Of a stretch of 64,000 bases of DNA, positions 49,389 through 58,866 are shown piece by piece (the stretch's first letter is position 1; each line of letters begins with the position of its first letter). Where the stretch lies: the NCBI GenBank assembly GCA_049302075.1, contig JBAQLS010000046.1, positions 148,436-212,435 on the forward strand. The letters are read 5' to 3'. A program made the translations under genes and the position numbers. The notes beneath the pieces were generated by a model that did not search any database, was not told the DNA's origin, and worked only from the letters and a program-made list of their open reading frames with translations. This DNA is from Carboxydocellales bacterium. GTDB lineage: Bacteria > Bacillota > GCA-003054495 > Carboxydocellales > JAJZTU01.

Positions 49389-51051
49389 CTAGAAACACCA
49401 CTCGGTGGCGAAAAGAAAAGTCCAGTTCCTCTACCAATAATCGTTCCAACAAACTGTTCCCATAATGTGCGTAGAACTGAACTATATTATAAGTTCTTTC
49501 CTGAAGTTTACCTTTAGGAAATAACGCCTGTGCGATAAAATGCAGTTCGTTAACCAAGGCTCGGTGTATTTTTCGCAAATGCTGGTATGCCTTCTTTTCC
49601 AAATATTCCAGTTGGTACATAATTCTGCTCTGATTTACCGGCCCCATTAGCTGCAGCCCAGGGTTACTGGAAGTAAGCTGTTCCATTAGTCCCTGGTGAG
49701 TCTTCGTTATACCTTCCCTGGCCTGAGCAAATATCCCGTCTAAATCCTGTTCCTCCTGAGCTTTCAGAACCTTATTCAACACCTGGGGCAGTTTCTGGTA
49801 AACCTCCCCTAATTCTACGCCTAGTCTCTCCATAATCTCCCCTACCTTTGGTTCGATTAGGGTAAAGCCCTGACGTGGAAAAACTACCGGCATTTGCTGG
49901 TTAAATAACGGATAAATATCTTTTAGCTGAGCAAAATAAGCAACTTCTCCCGGACCCCCTACATAGGCCACTGTTGGCAACAGGCAATCCTGGGCTATCG
50001 GCCTTAAATAAGCACTACAGCTCAACTGCTCAGGTGTTTTTGCTGCTAGCTGGATTAACTCCTGCTCCTCCCACTGTAACTCCTCCCGGATAGTAAATTT
50101 TCCTTCCCGGTAAATCAGCGGCAAGCGCTGCCCCTTTAGGATGGTAAACAGCCCGGTAATCCCGTCCTCAGTACCAAAAGGTACTGGATAACCCATCGCC
50201 TGTAATTCTTTCCCCTTTTTATTCAGGGCCTGCTTAATGGCCCTTCTCTGCCCAATAGCCCTCTGAAAAAAGGGGCTCAAAAGTTGTCGTAAGCCAGGAA
50301 GCAGTGGATCGACGATAATCAGCCCATAGCTGCCTAAAAAAGCAGTCATCAGCCGGGCAAACCACTCTCCTAAATTAGTCGAAGCTCTTGCGGTATCTCC
50401 CAATAGCTGCAGCATTGCGGCCTTATGTACAGTAGCCGGCAGGTAATTCTCCATCTGCGTAATAAAATCAAAAACCTGTTTCCCTACCGTAATCTCGCCT
50501 ATTGGTGGACTACCTTGCGGATATCCCGCCAGCGACAATCGCTCTGGCAAAGGTTCCCCTTTTCCCCAAAGCTCTGCTATTTTGGAGAAACTGCCAATTC
50601 CCTTCATGGCAAATATATGATTGATTTCCTGATAATCATGGTCCTCGCTGGCTACCCAAAATACCGGGACCACTGGAACCCCTAACTTTACTCTAAGTTT
50701 TTCGGCCAATTGAATAGTGGTAATAGCTTTATAAATGGTATATAGCGGGCCAGTTGCCACCCCAGCCTGCTGACCGGTAACCACCGCCAAAGTACCCTCT
50801 AAACCCAACAGGGCTATATTTTCTGCTGTGTCCCCACTACAACCCAACTGGTGATTATACTCCAGGAGCTGCTGGACTAAAACCTTCCGGCTTTGCCGGT
50901 ACCCTCGTTCCAGCCAAGCCTTACGACCCTGGAAGGAGGAAAGATCCCCCGGATTATACTCATAAAACTTGTTCACCTGGGTAAAATCGCGAGTATATGC
51001 TGAATAAAATGGGGAATTAGTGATTATTCCTTCCATGCTTTGCCTGCGCAC
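49351..51051 (-). CDS. bshC: Bacillithiol biosynthesis cysteine-adding enzyme BshC (YllA family)
   Basis: VTGQQAGVATGPLYTIYKAITTIQLAEKL...VPVVPVFWVASEDHDYQEINHI matches the conserved BshC block. 566 aa. GTG start with an AGGGGGA SD; an ATG at 51036 is the alternative. Confidence 0.8.
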   Translation of the reverse strand: MRRQSMEGIITNSPFYSAYTRDFTQVNKFYEYNPGDLSSFQGRKAWLERGYRQSRKVLVQQLLEYNHQLGCSGDTAENIALLGLEGTLAVVTGQQAGVATGPLYTIYKAITTIQLAEKLRVKLGVPVVPVFWVASEDHDYQEINHIFAMKGIGSFSKIAELWGKGEPLPERLSLAGYPQGSPPIGEITVGKQVFDFITQMENYLPATVHKAAMLQLLGDTARASTNLGEWFARLMTAFLGSYGLIIVDPLLPGLRQLLSPFFQRAIGQRRAIKQALNKKGKELQAMGYPVPFGTEDGITGLFTILKGQRLPLIYREGKFTIREELQWEEQELIQLAAKTPEQLSCSAYLRPIAQDCLLPTVAYVGGPGEVAYFAQLKDIYPLFNQQMPVVFPRQGFTLIEPKVGEIMERLGVELGEVYQKLPQVLNKVLKAQEEQDLDGIFAQAREGITKTHQGLMEQLTSSNPGLQLMGPVNQSRIMYQLEYLEKKAYQHLRKIHRALVNELHFIAQALFPKGKLQERTYNIVQFYAHYGNSLLERLLVEELDFSFRHRVVFLGEQEAYEDGKGE

Positions 51052-51211
51052 AAACCCGGTCCCCCTTTGTCTACAGCTCTGCTTGCTTATTTTGTGTATT
51101 TATAGCGAAGATAACTTTATTTTAGCATTATGCCTAGGCAAAAACAAACTACTAGTCACTAAGAAAAGACTTGTCGACTCAAGCTTAATCTATCTAGGTT
51201 TCAGCTAATTA

Positions 51212-51247
51212 TAAATTATAAAGAGGAGCGGCTCAACCCCTCCTCTT
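51212..51247 (-). terminator. Terminator hairpin downstream of hsp20
   Basis: aagaggagcggctcaacccctcctctt, followed by a T-rich run on the minus strand. Confidence 0.55.
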
Positions 51248-51272
51248 GCTATGGTATTTTACTTACCAGAGC

Positions 51273-51725
51273 CTAGTCAATATGAATTTTTACACCCCGG
51301 CTGCTTTTCCCCCCCGATTTAGGTAGTTTGATTTCCAAAAGACCGTCCTTAAATTTGGCTTGGGATTTTTCGGGGTTAACCGGCTCATTTAGTGGCACAC
51401 TTCGGATAAAAGCACCGGCTCGTTGTTCCTGGAGCAAGTATTCCTGGCTTTCCTGCCTGGTTTCTTCCGCGAAGGAACCTATAATCGTGACCAAATTTTC
51501 CTCAACATGAATATCTAGATTTTTGATGTCAATGCCTGGCAAATGCGCTTTAACTATAATCTCCCTACCCGGATCCTCTACTTCGATACTGAAATTACTG
51601 TTTAATCCGAACAAACTGCTTTCAGAAAAATCACCAAAGGTAAAGAGTTCCTCAAAAAGGGCATCCATTTTTTTGCGGATCACAGACATGTGCTTAGCAG
51701 AATCAAAAGGAATCAATTCTCCCAT
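51273..51725 (-). CDS. Hsp20/alpha-crystallin family small heat-shock protein
   Basis: Alpha-crystallin domain (DIHVEENLVTIIG...FKDGLLEIKLPK). 150 aa. Confidence 0.9.
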   Translation of the reverse strand: MGELIPFDSAKHMSVIRKKMDALFEELFTFGDFSESSLFGLNSNFSIEVEDPGREIIVKAHLPGIDIKNLDIHVEENLVTIIGSFAEETRQESQEYLLQEQRAGAFIRSVPLNEPVNPEKSQAKFKDGLLEIKLPKSGGKSSRGVKIHID

Positions 51726-51870
51726 AATATCACCTCATCAAGTACAAACACCTGCGACTACTATTATCTTCCCTCTTCTATATAATATTCAGCTGCCACC
51801 AATTTGCTCTCCACAAAAACAGAACACCCTGATAGGTGTTTCCAGTTTGTTAATAAACACTCTTCTTCTC

Positions 51871-52004
51871 CTGACCCGAGTAGGCTGATTAAAAAACCCG
51901 CATGGCAGGTCGCCATCTGCGACAAGGCCGCAGGCGTACTCTTTGTGCATCGAGGACCTTGTCACAACTGGCGACAAAGCTAGGTGGGGAATTTTAACAG
52001 CCTA
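51871..52004 (+). repeat. Near-palindromic structured repeat, family 2, copy D
   Basis: taggctgattaaaaaacccg...ccgcaggcgtactctttgtgcatcgaggacc...ggggaattttaacagcc. Immediately 3' of the ABC ATPase stop. Confidence 0.7.
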
Positions 52005-52007
52005 AAC

Positions 52008-52790
52008 CTATATTTGAAATTCTAACTCCTGCCGATGCACCAACTCAAACTCCTGAAAAACCTTGTCCCTAATCGTCGTAAAGTCATATCCCGTCCGTAC
52101 CCTAGGCCGTCCAATAGGTACCTCCAACACCCGCTTAACCCGCCCGGGATGTGGAGACATGAGGACAATTCGGTCAGCCAGGTAGACCGCCTCATCAATA
52201 TCATGGGTAACAAAAACAATGGTCTTATGCTTTTCCTGCCAGATTCGGGAAATCTCCTCCTGCATCTTATATCTGGTCATGGCATCTAAGGCCCCAAAGG
52301 GTTCATCCATAAAAATAATTTCCGGATCTACTGCCAGTGCCCTGGCAATGGCCACTCGCTGCTGCATTCCTCCCGAGAGTTCATTAGGATGATGGCTCTC
52401 GAACTTCTCTAAACCAACCAGGCTAATATACTCCCGGGCAATCTCCTGGCGTTTCCGCCGGGGAACCCCCTGAACCTCCAGCCCGTATTCCACATTACCC
52501 AGAACTGTCCGCCAGGGAAATAAGCCATAGCTTTGAAACAAGGTTAAATGTTTGGGGTCCGGGCCGGTAACCTGCTCTCCGTCTATTAGGATATTACCCC
52601 CGCTGGGCTGGTCAAAACCGGCGGCCATATTGAGCAAGGTTGTTTTTCCACAACCGCTGGGACCCAAAAGACAGACAAATTCACCTTCGCGAATTTCTAG
52701 GTCTACGCTAGATAACACTTCCTGCCAGGTCCCATCTTTATTTTGAAAAGATTTTTCCACCCCTTGAATAACTATCTTGGCATTGCCCAT
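52008..52790 (-). CDS. ABC transporter ATP-binding protein (NitT/TauT, SsuB-like)
   Basis: Walker A (GPSGCGKTT), signature (LSGGMQQR), Walker B (IIFMDEP). Confidence 0.9.
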   Translation of the reverse strand: MGNAKIVIQGVEKSFQNKDGTWQEVLSSVDLEIREGEFVCLLGPSGCGKTTLLNMAAGFDQPSGGNILIDGEQVTGPDPKHLTLFQSYGLFPWRTVLGNVEYGLEVQGVPRRKRQEIAREYISLVGLEKFESHHPNELSGGMQQRVAIARALAVDPEIIFMDEPFGALDAMTRYKMQEEISRIWQEKHKTIVFVTHDIDEAVYLADRIVLMSPHPGRVKRVLEVPIGRPRVRTGYDFTTIRDKVFQEFELVHRQELEFQI

Positions 52791-52811
52791 GGTTTGACTC
52801 CCTCACTCTCA

Positions 52812-53594
52812 CTAATGGTTTTTGGCCACAAAACCCCAGTTTCTTTTTACCCATTTTTCAGCTAACCCCATTAATCTGTCCAGAGCCAGGCCTAGCAACC
52901 CAATCAGAATCATCCCCAGGATTATCCAGTCTGTGCGCAGGAAATTGCGCGAATCCACAATTAAATATCCCAGTCCGGACTGAGCTCCCAGCATTTCTCC
53001 GGCTACCAGGTGGATCCACCCCGTACCCAAAGCGATATGTAAGCCTACCATGATCTGGGGAAAAGCTGCTGGGACCACCACTTTCAGGAGAATATCCCTT
53101 TCCCTCGTCCGAAAGTTCCTAGCTACCTTAATATAGACGGCGTCCACATTCCGCACCGCACTCACTGTAGCTAATAAGCAAGGAAAAAAGACAGAAAGAA
53201 AGATGATAAATATTGCCGGCATATCACCTATGCCAAACCACAACACCGCAAGGGGAAACCAGGCAATAGGCGAGATGGGCCGCAAAATTTGGATAAAGGG
53301 ATCCACCGCTGTTAGTACTCTAGTATACCAGCCAAAAATTAGTCCCAGGGTAACACCACAAGTAACAGCTAGCAAATAGGCAACTCCAAAGCGGTACAAA
53401 CTTATCCCGATATGCTCCAGTAAAATACCCTTTTCCCAGAGTTCCCATCCACCTTTGGCTACCTGCACCGGACCTGGTAGATCTTCCGGGGTATAGATAC
53501 CTAACACTGCAACCATATGCCAAAGGCCTATCAACACCCCCAAAGTCAACAGCGGAGTGATATACTTTTCTCCCTTAAATCCCTGACCCCGCAA
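52812..53594 (-). CDS. ABC transporter permease (NitT/TauT, SsuC-like)
   Basis: 6-TM BPD-type permease. Confidence 0.85.
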   Translation of the reverse strand: MRGQGFKGEKYITPLLTLGVLIGLWHMVAVLGIYTPEDLPGPVQVAKGGWELWEKGILLEHIGISLYRFGVAYLLAVTCGVTLGLIFGWYTRVLTAVDPFIQILRPISPIAWFPLAVLWFGIGDMPAIFIIFLSVFFPCLLATVSAVRNVDAVYIKVARNFRTRERDILLKVVVPAAFPQIMVGLHIALGTGWIHLVAGEMLGAQSGLGYLIVDSRNFLRTDWIILGMILIGLLGLALDRLMGLAEKWVKRNWGFVAKNH

Positions 53595-53609
53595 GTTAAG
53601 CCCCCCTTC

Positions 53610-54623
53610 CTAGATTTTGTATGCTTTCCGGGCAAAGCTGTCATCCAGATAGGCGGACAGTTCCACAGGCTGCTGGGCAATGCCGAATTTGAGCATATAG
53701 TCTTGAGTTGCTTTCAGGTCCTCCATGGTGGGCAGCAGGTTATCAAAGGTTACCCGATCCTTAGGATTATTCAGCACATGTAAGATAACCTCAGACTTTT
53801 GTCCTAGATATTTAGTAGAGAGGTCGGCCGCTTGGGCACGATTGCCCTCGATAAACTGGCCTGCAGCAGCTAAACTGTCTACCAGTTCCTGAACCGCCTC
53901 AGCATTTTTAGCTATTATATCCTCCCGCACATTCAGCATGCAGCAAATGTGGTTAGGCCAAATATCCTTGGACAGCATCAGTACCTTGCCAACCTTTTGT
54001 AATTCAGCCTGACCCCCAAAGGGTTCCGCTACTATAAAGCCGCCAATTTGCTTGCTGGCAATGGCCTGCACCATTTCCGGCGGGGCCATATCAATTATCT
54101 TCAGGTCTTTATTGGCATCAATCCCTTTTTCCGAGAGGATTTTGCGCAGGAGAATATTATGGGTAGAGAATTTGCTGGGAATAGCAATTGTTTTGCCCTT
54201 CAGATCAGCGATTGCATTAATTTCATTGCCAACTCCGACGGTGATGGCACTCCCATTGCGATGTCCTAAGAGCACTCCTTTAATGGGCACACCTTTCTGC
54301 CTCAAAGTTAAGCTAATCGGAGTAAGGGCAAAGGCTGCTTCAATCTTCCCTGCTTTCAAGGCTTCCGCCAATTCCGGCCAACTGGAAAACTTAACCGGCT
54401 CTAAATTTAACTTTTGAAATTTAGTTTGGGCATGGCTGATCACAGTAAGGTGATCAGTTATTGGTAAATACCCTAGCTTGAGGGTAGGAACTCCGCTTGC
54501 TTGTCCAGCGGTCTTACTGGCATCACCTGAACCGCAGCCAACCAACCCTGTGGTCAAGGCACTTCCTAGCAGCAGGCCTCCTCCGGTAAGTTTGATAAAA
54601 TCTCTTCTGCTGATGTTTTTCAT
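53610..54623 (-). CDS. ABC substrate-binding lipoprotein (NMT1/THI5-like, SsuA/TauA family)
   Basis: Lipobox (LVGCGSG) and periplasmic-binding fold. First gene of the transporter operon. Confidence 0.8.
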   Translation of the reverse strand: MKNISRRDFIKLTGGGLLLGSALTTGLVGCGSGDASKTAGQASGVPTLKLGYLPITDHLTVISHAQTKFQKLNLEPVKFSSWPELAEALKAGKIEAAFALTPISLTLRQKGVPIKGVLLGHRNGSAITVGVGNEINAIADLKGKTIAIPSKFSTHNILLRKILSEKGIDANKDLKIIDMAPPEMVQAIASKQIGGFIVAEPFGGQAELQKVGKVLMLSKDIWPNHICCMLNVREDIIAKNAEAVQELVDSLAAAGQFIEGNRAQAADLSTKYLGQKSEVILHVLNNPKDRVTFDNLLPTMEDLKATQDYMLKFGIAQQPVELSAYLDDSFARKAYKI

Positions 54624-54761
54624 TCAATCTCCCCCACATTATCCAATTCTTGGTTTTTACACTGTGTTAATAAATTCACCCGATGTATTAACTCCCCACT
54701 TGCTATTAACTTTAGACTGTTCATTAACTCCATATTTGCTATTATCTTTATTACTGAGTAA

Positions 54762-56729
54762 TTAACTCCACCCCAGGCCTTTCCGCTTGCGTTGGATATG
54801 CATTTTAATGGTCTGGGCAGCCAATTTGGGATAAGGCTCGGTATAGATTTTGCCTCCCAAGAGTTTTAACACCCCATCATCACCGGCCAGGAAGTCTACA
54901 ATATCATTACTTCCCCGATCCATTTCCTCCGGGTTATCCTCCTTGGGCCTAGGAACCGGTACCGGCACTGGAGCTGGGAATCCCACCAGATTGCTTACCC
55001 CATGAGTCAGAAAGCTTAAGCCTTGACCCACAGTTTTTTCATTGCCCGGCTCAGGTCCTACAAACATAAAGGGCATATCCTTGATTGAAACTCCTGCCTC
55101 TTCAGCCAACTCAATAAACAATCTTAGGCTTCTGGTGTTGTCCACACAACCCCCTACTGCTAGCACGGGAGGAATTGCTAAGCTTTGGCAAACCGCTCCC
55201 AGTCCTTCTCCGGCCCAGTCAGCAGCCTCAGGCGAACACAACCCGGCATTGAATAAGGCGTGGGAGCAGCAGCCGGTGGTGGTGACCAGGATGTCTGCCT
55301 CAATGAGCTTGCGGACAATGGTCACATGATTATATTCATAAGGCACCTTCGGATTGTTGCAGCCAACCACGGTAGCAATACCTTTTATTTTGCCTTTTTT
55401 CAGCAGTTCCAAAAGCTTTGCCCGTCCCTCAAAGGTCTCCAGCAGAGCTTCTAAACTCCACCCCCCCATAGCTTTAGTTACTTCCTGGGGTATATGCATT
55501 TTGGAACGGTCCCGCTTGGCAAAGGCTTCCACCGCCTTTTTAGCCACCAGTAGTGCATCCTCATCCAGCGTCTCCGGATGCTCAGCATCAAAGGGGATGT
55601 GCAGAGCCCCGGCAATCCGGTTGGAATTACAGGTTGTAATAACCTCTGTCCCAAAGCAGTCTGCCACGGCTTTCAGCCCCGGAATAACGCATTGCATATC
55701 GACAATTACAGCATCCACCGCACCAGTACCTATAGCCAACTCCTGTCCAAGAATATTGGTGACTGTAGGGACACCATATCTGGCCATAAGCTCATCCCCA
55801 GTACAACACATTCCTGCCACCACAATACCTTTAGCACCGGCATCCCTAGCTAATTTTTGTATTTCCGGGGTTTTAATTTTCTCCAGAATTACTTCGGCCA
55901 TTACCGGGGAGTGCCCATGGACCAAAATATTCACTTGATCCGCCTTCATTACCCCATAGTTTACCGTGGTCAGGATAGGTCGGGGCAATCCAAACAGAAT
56001 TTCCGTAGCCATGGATGAACCAAACAGGGTACTGTAGCAATAGGCTAGGGCAGACCGCAATTCTTGGGCAGCTAAGGCTGTCCAGTCGGAGCAGCTTCCC
56101 AAGGTTGTCATGTGCAGGGACTCCATTATTTCATAAGCCGCCGACCGGGGCAGCACCCCAAGATTAGCCCACACCTGCCTGCGTTCCAAGGGGGCGTACG
56201 CCTCTAACATTTTGATCGGCTGGTCAAACATCCGGTTTAAGTCCTCTAACAGCACCAGGGCCACTTCTTTAGCTACTGTCAAGAATTCCTTACCGGCAGT
56301 GTCCAAGTGGAACTTTTCAGCCAGTTCCCAAACCCTGCTTTCCCCTTTGAGCGGAATATTAATCTTGCCATCGGCAACAGCGATAATACTCATAATACAT
56401 TCATGGGCATGCCGGGCATGTCCGGCCATACCTGCTACCAGGGCCCGGAGAATATTGCCTAGTACCATGGAATTCAGATCCTTGCCGCAAATCCCCCTAG
56501 GACTCTTGGGGCCTATCCGGCAGGGCCCCCACTGGCACATCCTGCAACAAAGTCCCCGCAGCCCAAAACCGCACTGGGGTTGCTGAGCTTCAAACCTATC
56601 CAGAAAGGTTTCCACTCCCAGTTTATCTAAACGGCTGATTATATCTTTAGTGGCCCGGTTGGGGGTAAGTGCTAAAACATCCTCTTTTCCGGGCATCTCC
56701 GCATTTAAGAATGGATATTGATATTTCAA
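54762..56729 (-). CDS. cooS: Anaerobic carbon-monoxide dehydrogenase catalytic subunit CooS
   Basis: N-terminal CGFGLRGLCCRMCQWGPCRI...GICG cluster-binding motifs characteristic of Ni-CODH. 655 aa. Confidence 0.85.
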   Translation of the reverse strand: MKYQYPFLNAEMPGKEDVLALTPNRATKDIISRLDKLGVETFLDRFEAQQPQCGFGLRGLCCRMCQWGPCRIGPKSPRGICGKDLNSMVLGNILRALVAGMAGHARHAHECIMSIIAVADGKINIPLKGESRVWELAEKFHLDTAGKEFLTVAKEVALVLLEDLNRMFDQPIKMLEAYAPLERRQVWANLGVLPRSAAYEIMESLHMTTLGSCSDWTALAAQELRSALAYCYSTLFGSSMATEILFGLPRPILTTVNYGVMKADQVNILVHGHSPVMAEVILEKIKTPEIQKLARDAGAKGIVVAGMCCTGDELMARYGVPTVTNILGQELAIGTGAVDAVIVDMQCVIPGLKAVADCFGTEVITTCNSNRIAGALHIPFDAEHPETLDEDALLVAKKAVEAFAKRDRSKMHIPQEVTKAMGGWSLEALLETFEGRAKLLELLKKGKIKGIATVVGCNNPKVPYEYNHVTIVRKLIEADILVTTTGCCSHALFNAGLCSPEAADWAGEGLGAVCQSLAIPPVLAVGGCVDNTRSLRLFIELAEEAGVSIKDMPFMFVGPEPGNEKTVGQGLSFLTHGVSNLVGFPAPVPVPVPRPKEDNPEEMDRGSNDIVDFLAGDDGVLKLLGGKIYTEPYPKLAAQTIKMHIQRKRKGLGWS

Positions 56730-56795
56730 GCCTGTCTCCTCCTTTGGTTGTCCTTTAATTGTCCTATGGTTGTCCGGTGCATATCCGGCGCTTGT

Positions 56796-57710
56796 CTATT
56801 CAAATAAACCGGTGGACAGGTAGCGTTCCCCCGTATCGGGCAGAATGACCACAATCTTTTTCCCCTTATTTTCAGGCCGTTTAGCTATCTCTAGGGCTGC
56901 ATAAGCAGCTGCGCCCGCAGAAATTCCCACTAGTAATCCTTCGGTTCGAGCTAATTGTCTTGCCGTAGCAAAAGCCTGTTCACTCTTCACCTGAAAAATC
57001 TCGTCTATCACTTCCACGTTGACAATCTCGGGTACAAACCCAGCCCCAATTCCCTGAATCTTATGAGGCCCGGCCAAACCACCCGACAATACCGGTGAAT
57101 CAACAGGCTCTACAGCCACAATTTTTACCCCCGATTTCTTTGCCTTTAGCACTTCACCCACCCCGGTCAAAGTTCCCCCGGTACCTACACCGGCTACGAA
57201 TATATCCACCTGACCGTCTGTATCCTCCCAGATTTCCAGAGCAGTAGTTTTTCTATGTATCTCCGGATTAGCCAAGTTGGCAAACTGCTGGGGAATGAAA
57301 GAGTCAGTTATCTCCTGGCCCAGTGCCTCAGCCTTCCGAATAGCCCCTTTCATTCCCTCTGCTCCAGGAGTCAACACCAGTTCCGCCCCATAAGCCTTTA
57401 ACAAGTTGCGCCGCTCCATACTCATACTATCCGGCATGGTGAGAATTAACTTATAACCCCGGGCTGCCGCTACCATCGCTAGGGCGATACCGGTATTACC
57501 GCTAGTGGGCTCAATAATCACTGCACTAGGTTTTAACAGTCCTTGTTCTTCAGCTGCCGCAATCATGTTTAAACCAATGCGATCCTTCACACTCCCACCA
57601 GGATTAAAAGCTTCCAATTTAGCCAACACCTCAGCCTCACTACCGTTGACTTTTGTTAACCGGAGCAGCGGTGTCCTACCAATTAGCTCAGTAATGTTAC
57701 TATAAATCAT
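56796..57710 (-). CDS. cysK: Cysteine synthase (O-acetylserine sulfhydrylase) CysK/CysM
   Basis: PLP-lysine region (GGSVKDR), SGNTG and GTGGT motifs. ATG at 57710 follows a GGTGAGGAGGAG SD. The ORF is open to 57752. Confidence 0.9.
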   Translation of the reverse strand: MIYSNITELIGRTPLLRLTKVNGSEAEVLAKLEAFNPGGSVKDRIGLNMIAAAEEQGLLKPSAVIIEPTSGNTGIALAMVAAARGYKLILTMPDSMSMERRNLLKAYGAELVLTPGAEGMKGAIRKAEALGQEITDSFIPQQFANLANPEIHRKTTALEIWEDTDGQVDIFVAGVGTGGTLTGVGEVLKAKKSGVKIVAVEPVDSPVLSGGLAGPHKIQGIGAGFVPEIVNVEVIDEIFQVKSEQAFATARQLARTEGLLVGISAGAAAYAALEIAKRPENKGKKIVVILPDTGERYLSTGLFE

Positions 57711-57942
57711 AATTTTCTCCTCCTCACCTATTGTTATATTTTGAGGTAACACCTCGCTTATGGTTGTTTAAGGACAATTCCAGTAAAGCCCGCAGGGCAT
57801 ACTCCCCTTTTGCCGATATTTTCAATCCCTGCACCATCCCCATTAAGTCTATCAACTTAGTATGGTTTCGGTTTTATTTTAATTCAGTCCCTCTAATTCG
57901 TCAAGCATTATTTTTATAATTCCACACGGAATACTCGGATTT

Positions 57943-58067
57943 GCAGACTGTTAAAAAACCCGTCTAGCACGAAGACAGCTGTCCCAAGGTCGCAGGCGTA
58001 CTCTTTGTACGTCGAGGACCTTGGCGATTCTGGCGACAAAGCTAGGCGGGGAATTTCAACAGCCTGC
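57943..58067 (+). repeat. Near-palindromic structured repeat, family 2, copy E
   Basis: gcagactgttaaaaaacccgtctagc...ccaaggtcgcaggcgtactctttgtacgtcgaggaccttgg...gctaggcggggaatttcaacagcctgc. Abuts the ylbF-like stop. Confidence 0.7.
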
Positions 58068-58068
58068 T

Positions 58069-58422
58069 TTATTTTTTTGCTTCTGGGAAATCATACTCAA
58101 ACCCCACAGACTGACCGATAATTTTCTGAACATCCATCATCATTTTAGAAAAGCGCATTTCTACCTGGAGAAACTCATTAATTTCCGGCTTAAGACAAAG
58201 TACCTGATACATTTGTTCTAACTGTTTTAACTTGGCCTCTGGATTTTCGCCCATTACCTGAGCTTGCTGAAGCTCCAGTTGTTTCATCCGGAAATCCTGT
58301 AGCATTTTAAGGTTTTCCTTATTTGATTCTAGTTTTTTTTGGGCCTCTACATACTGAAGGTATTCCACGCTTGTTGACAAAGCCCGGGCTAATTCATGAG
58401 CCCGATCATAAATATTGGACAT
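58069..58422 (-). CDS. YlbF/YmcA-family regulatory protein (UPF0342)
   Basis: MSNIYDRAHELARALSTSVEYLQYVEAQKKL... is an all-helical ~117-aa protein with the typical YlbF N-terminus. Confidence 0.7.
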   Translation of the reverse strand: MSNIYDRAHELARALSTSVEYLQYVEAQKKLESNKENLKMLQDFRMKQLELQQAQVMGENPEAKLKQLEQMYQVLCLKPEINEFLQVEMRFSKMMMDVQKIIGQSVGFEYDFPEAKK

Positions 58423-58646
58423 TCTACCATTCCTCCAAATAAATTATCTTATTTATCATATCATATTAATTTCTTGCTAAAAAGGAGGCCTGTCTGTAAA
58501 TATAGACTACTAAAGCCTTGTCATTCCAGGGTTTTAGTTGAATTTTGTCAAACTATATATCTTCAGACCATTGTTGACATCTCTGCACGAAAAAGATAAT
58601 ATAATGTTAGGAAAGCGATTAGTAAAATTTTTACATTTTTCGCGAG

Positions 58647-58853
58647 GTGTGTACTGTGCATATAAAAGACCTGCAGATTACCATTGACCCAAGTAATACC
58701 CGAGCCATCCTAACAATCAAAACTCGTGATGGTTCAACAATTGAATTAATCGCCGACCCAGATCAGGTTAAAAACCTGCAAAAAGTTGTTCAATATACCG
58801 CAAATCACATTGCAGCTACCAATAGCTCTAGTTTGAACTTTGTTGTGAACTAA
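58647..58853 (+). CDS. Small hypothetical protein behind a near-consensus sigma-A promoter
   Basis: TTGACA (58574-79), a 17-nt spacer and TAATAT (58597-602). GAGGTG SD. 66-68 aa with no family call. Confidence 0.45.
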   Translation: MCTVHIKDLQITIDPSNTRAILTIKTRDGSTIELIADPDQVKNLQKVVQYTANHIAATNSSSLNFVVN

Positions 58854-58866
58854 AACCTAGTCATTA

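Noticed and set aside
55042-55938. Multiple + strand ORFs (55042-55329, 55354-55938, 55578-55853) inside cooS
   Set aside because: They are antisense to a strongly supported CODH gene. They are Ser/Ala/Pro-rich, typical of the opposite strand of a GC-rich coding region.
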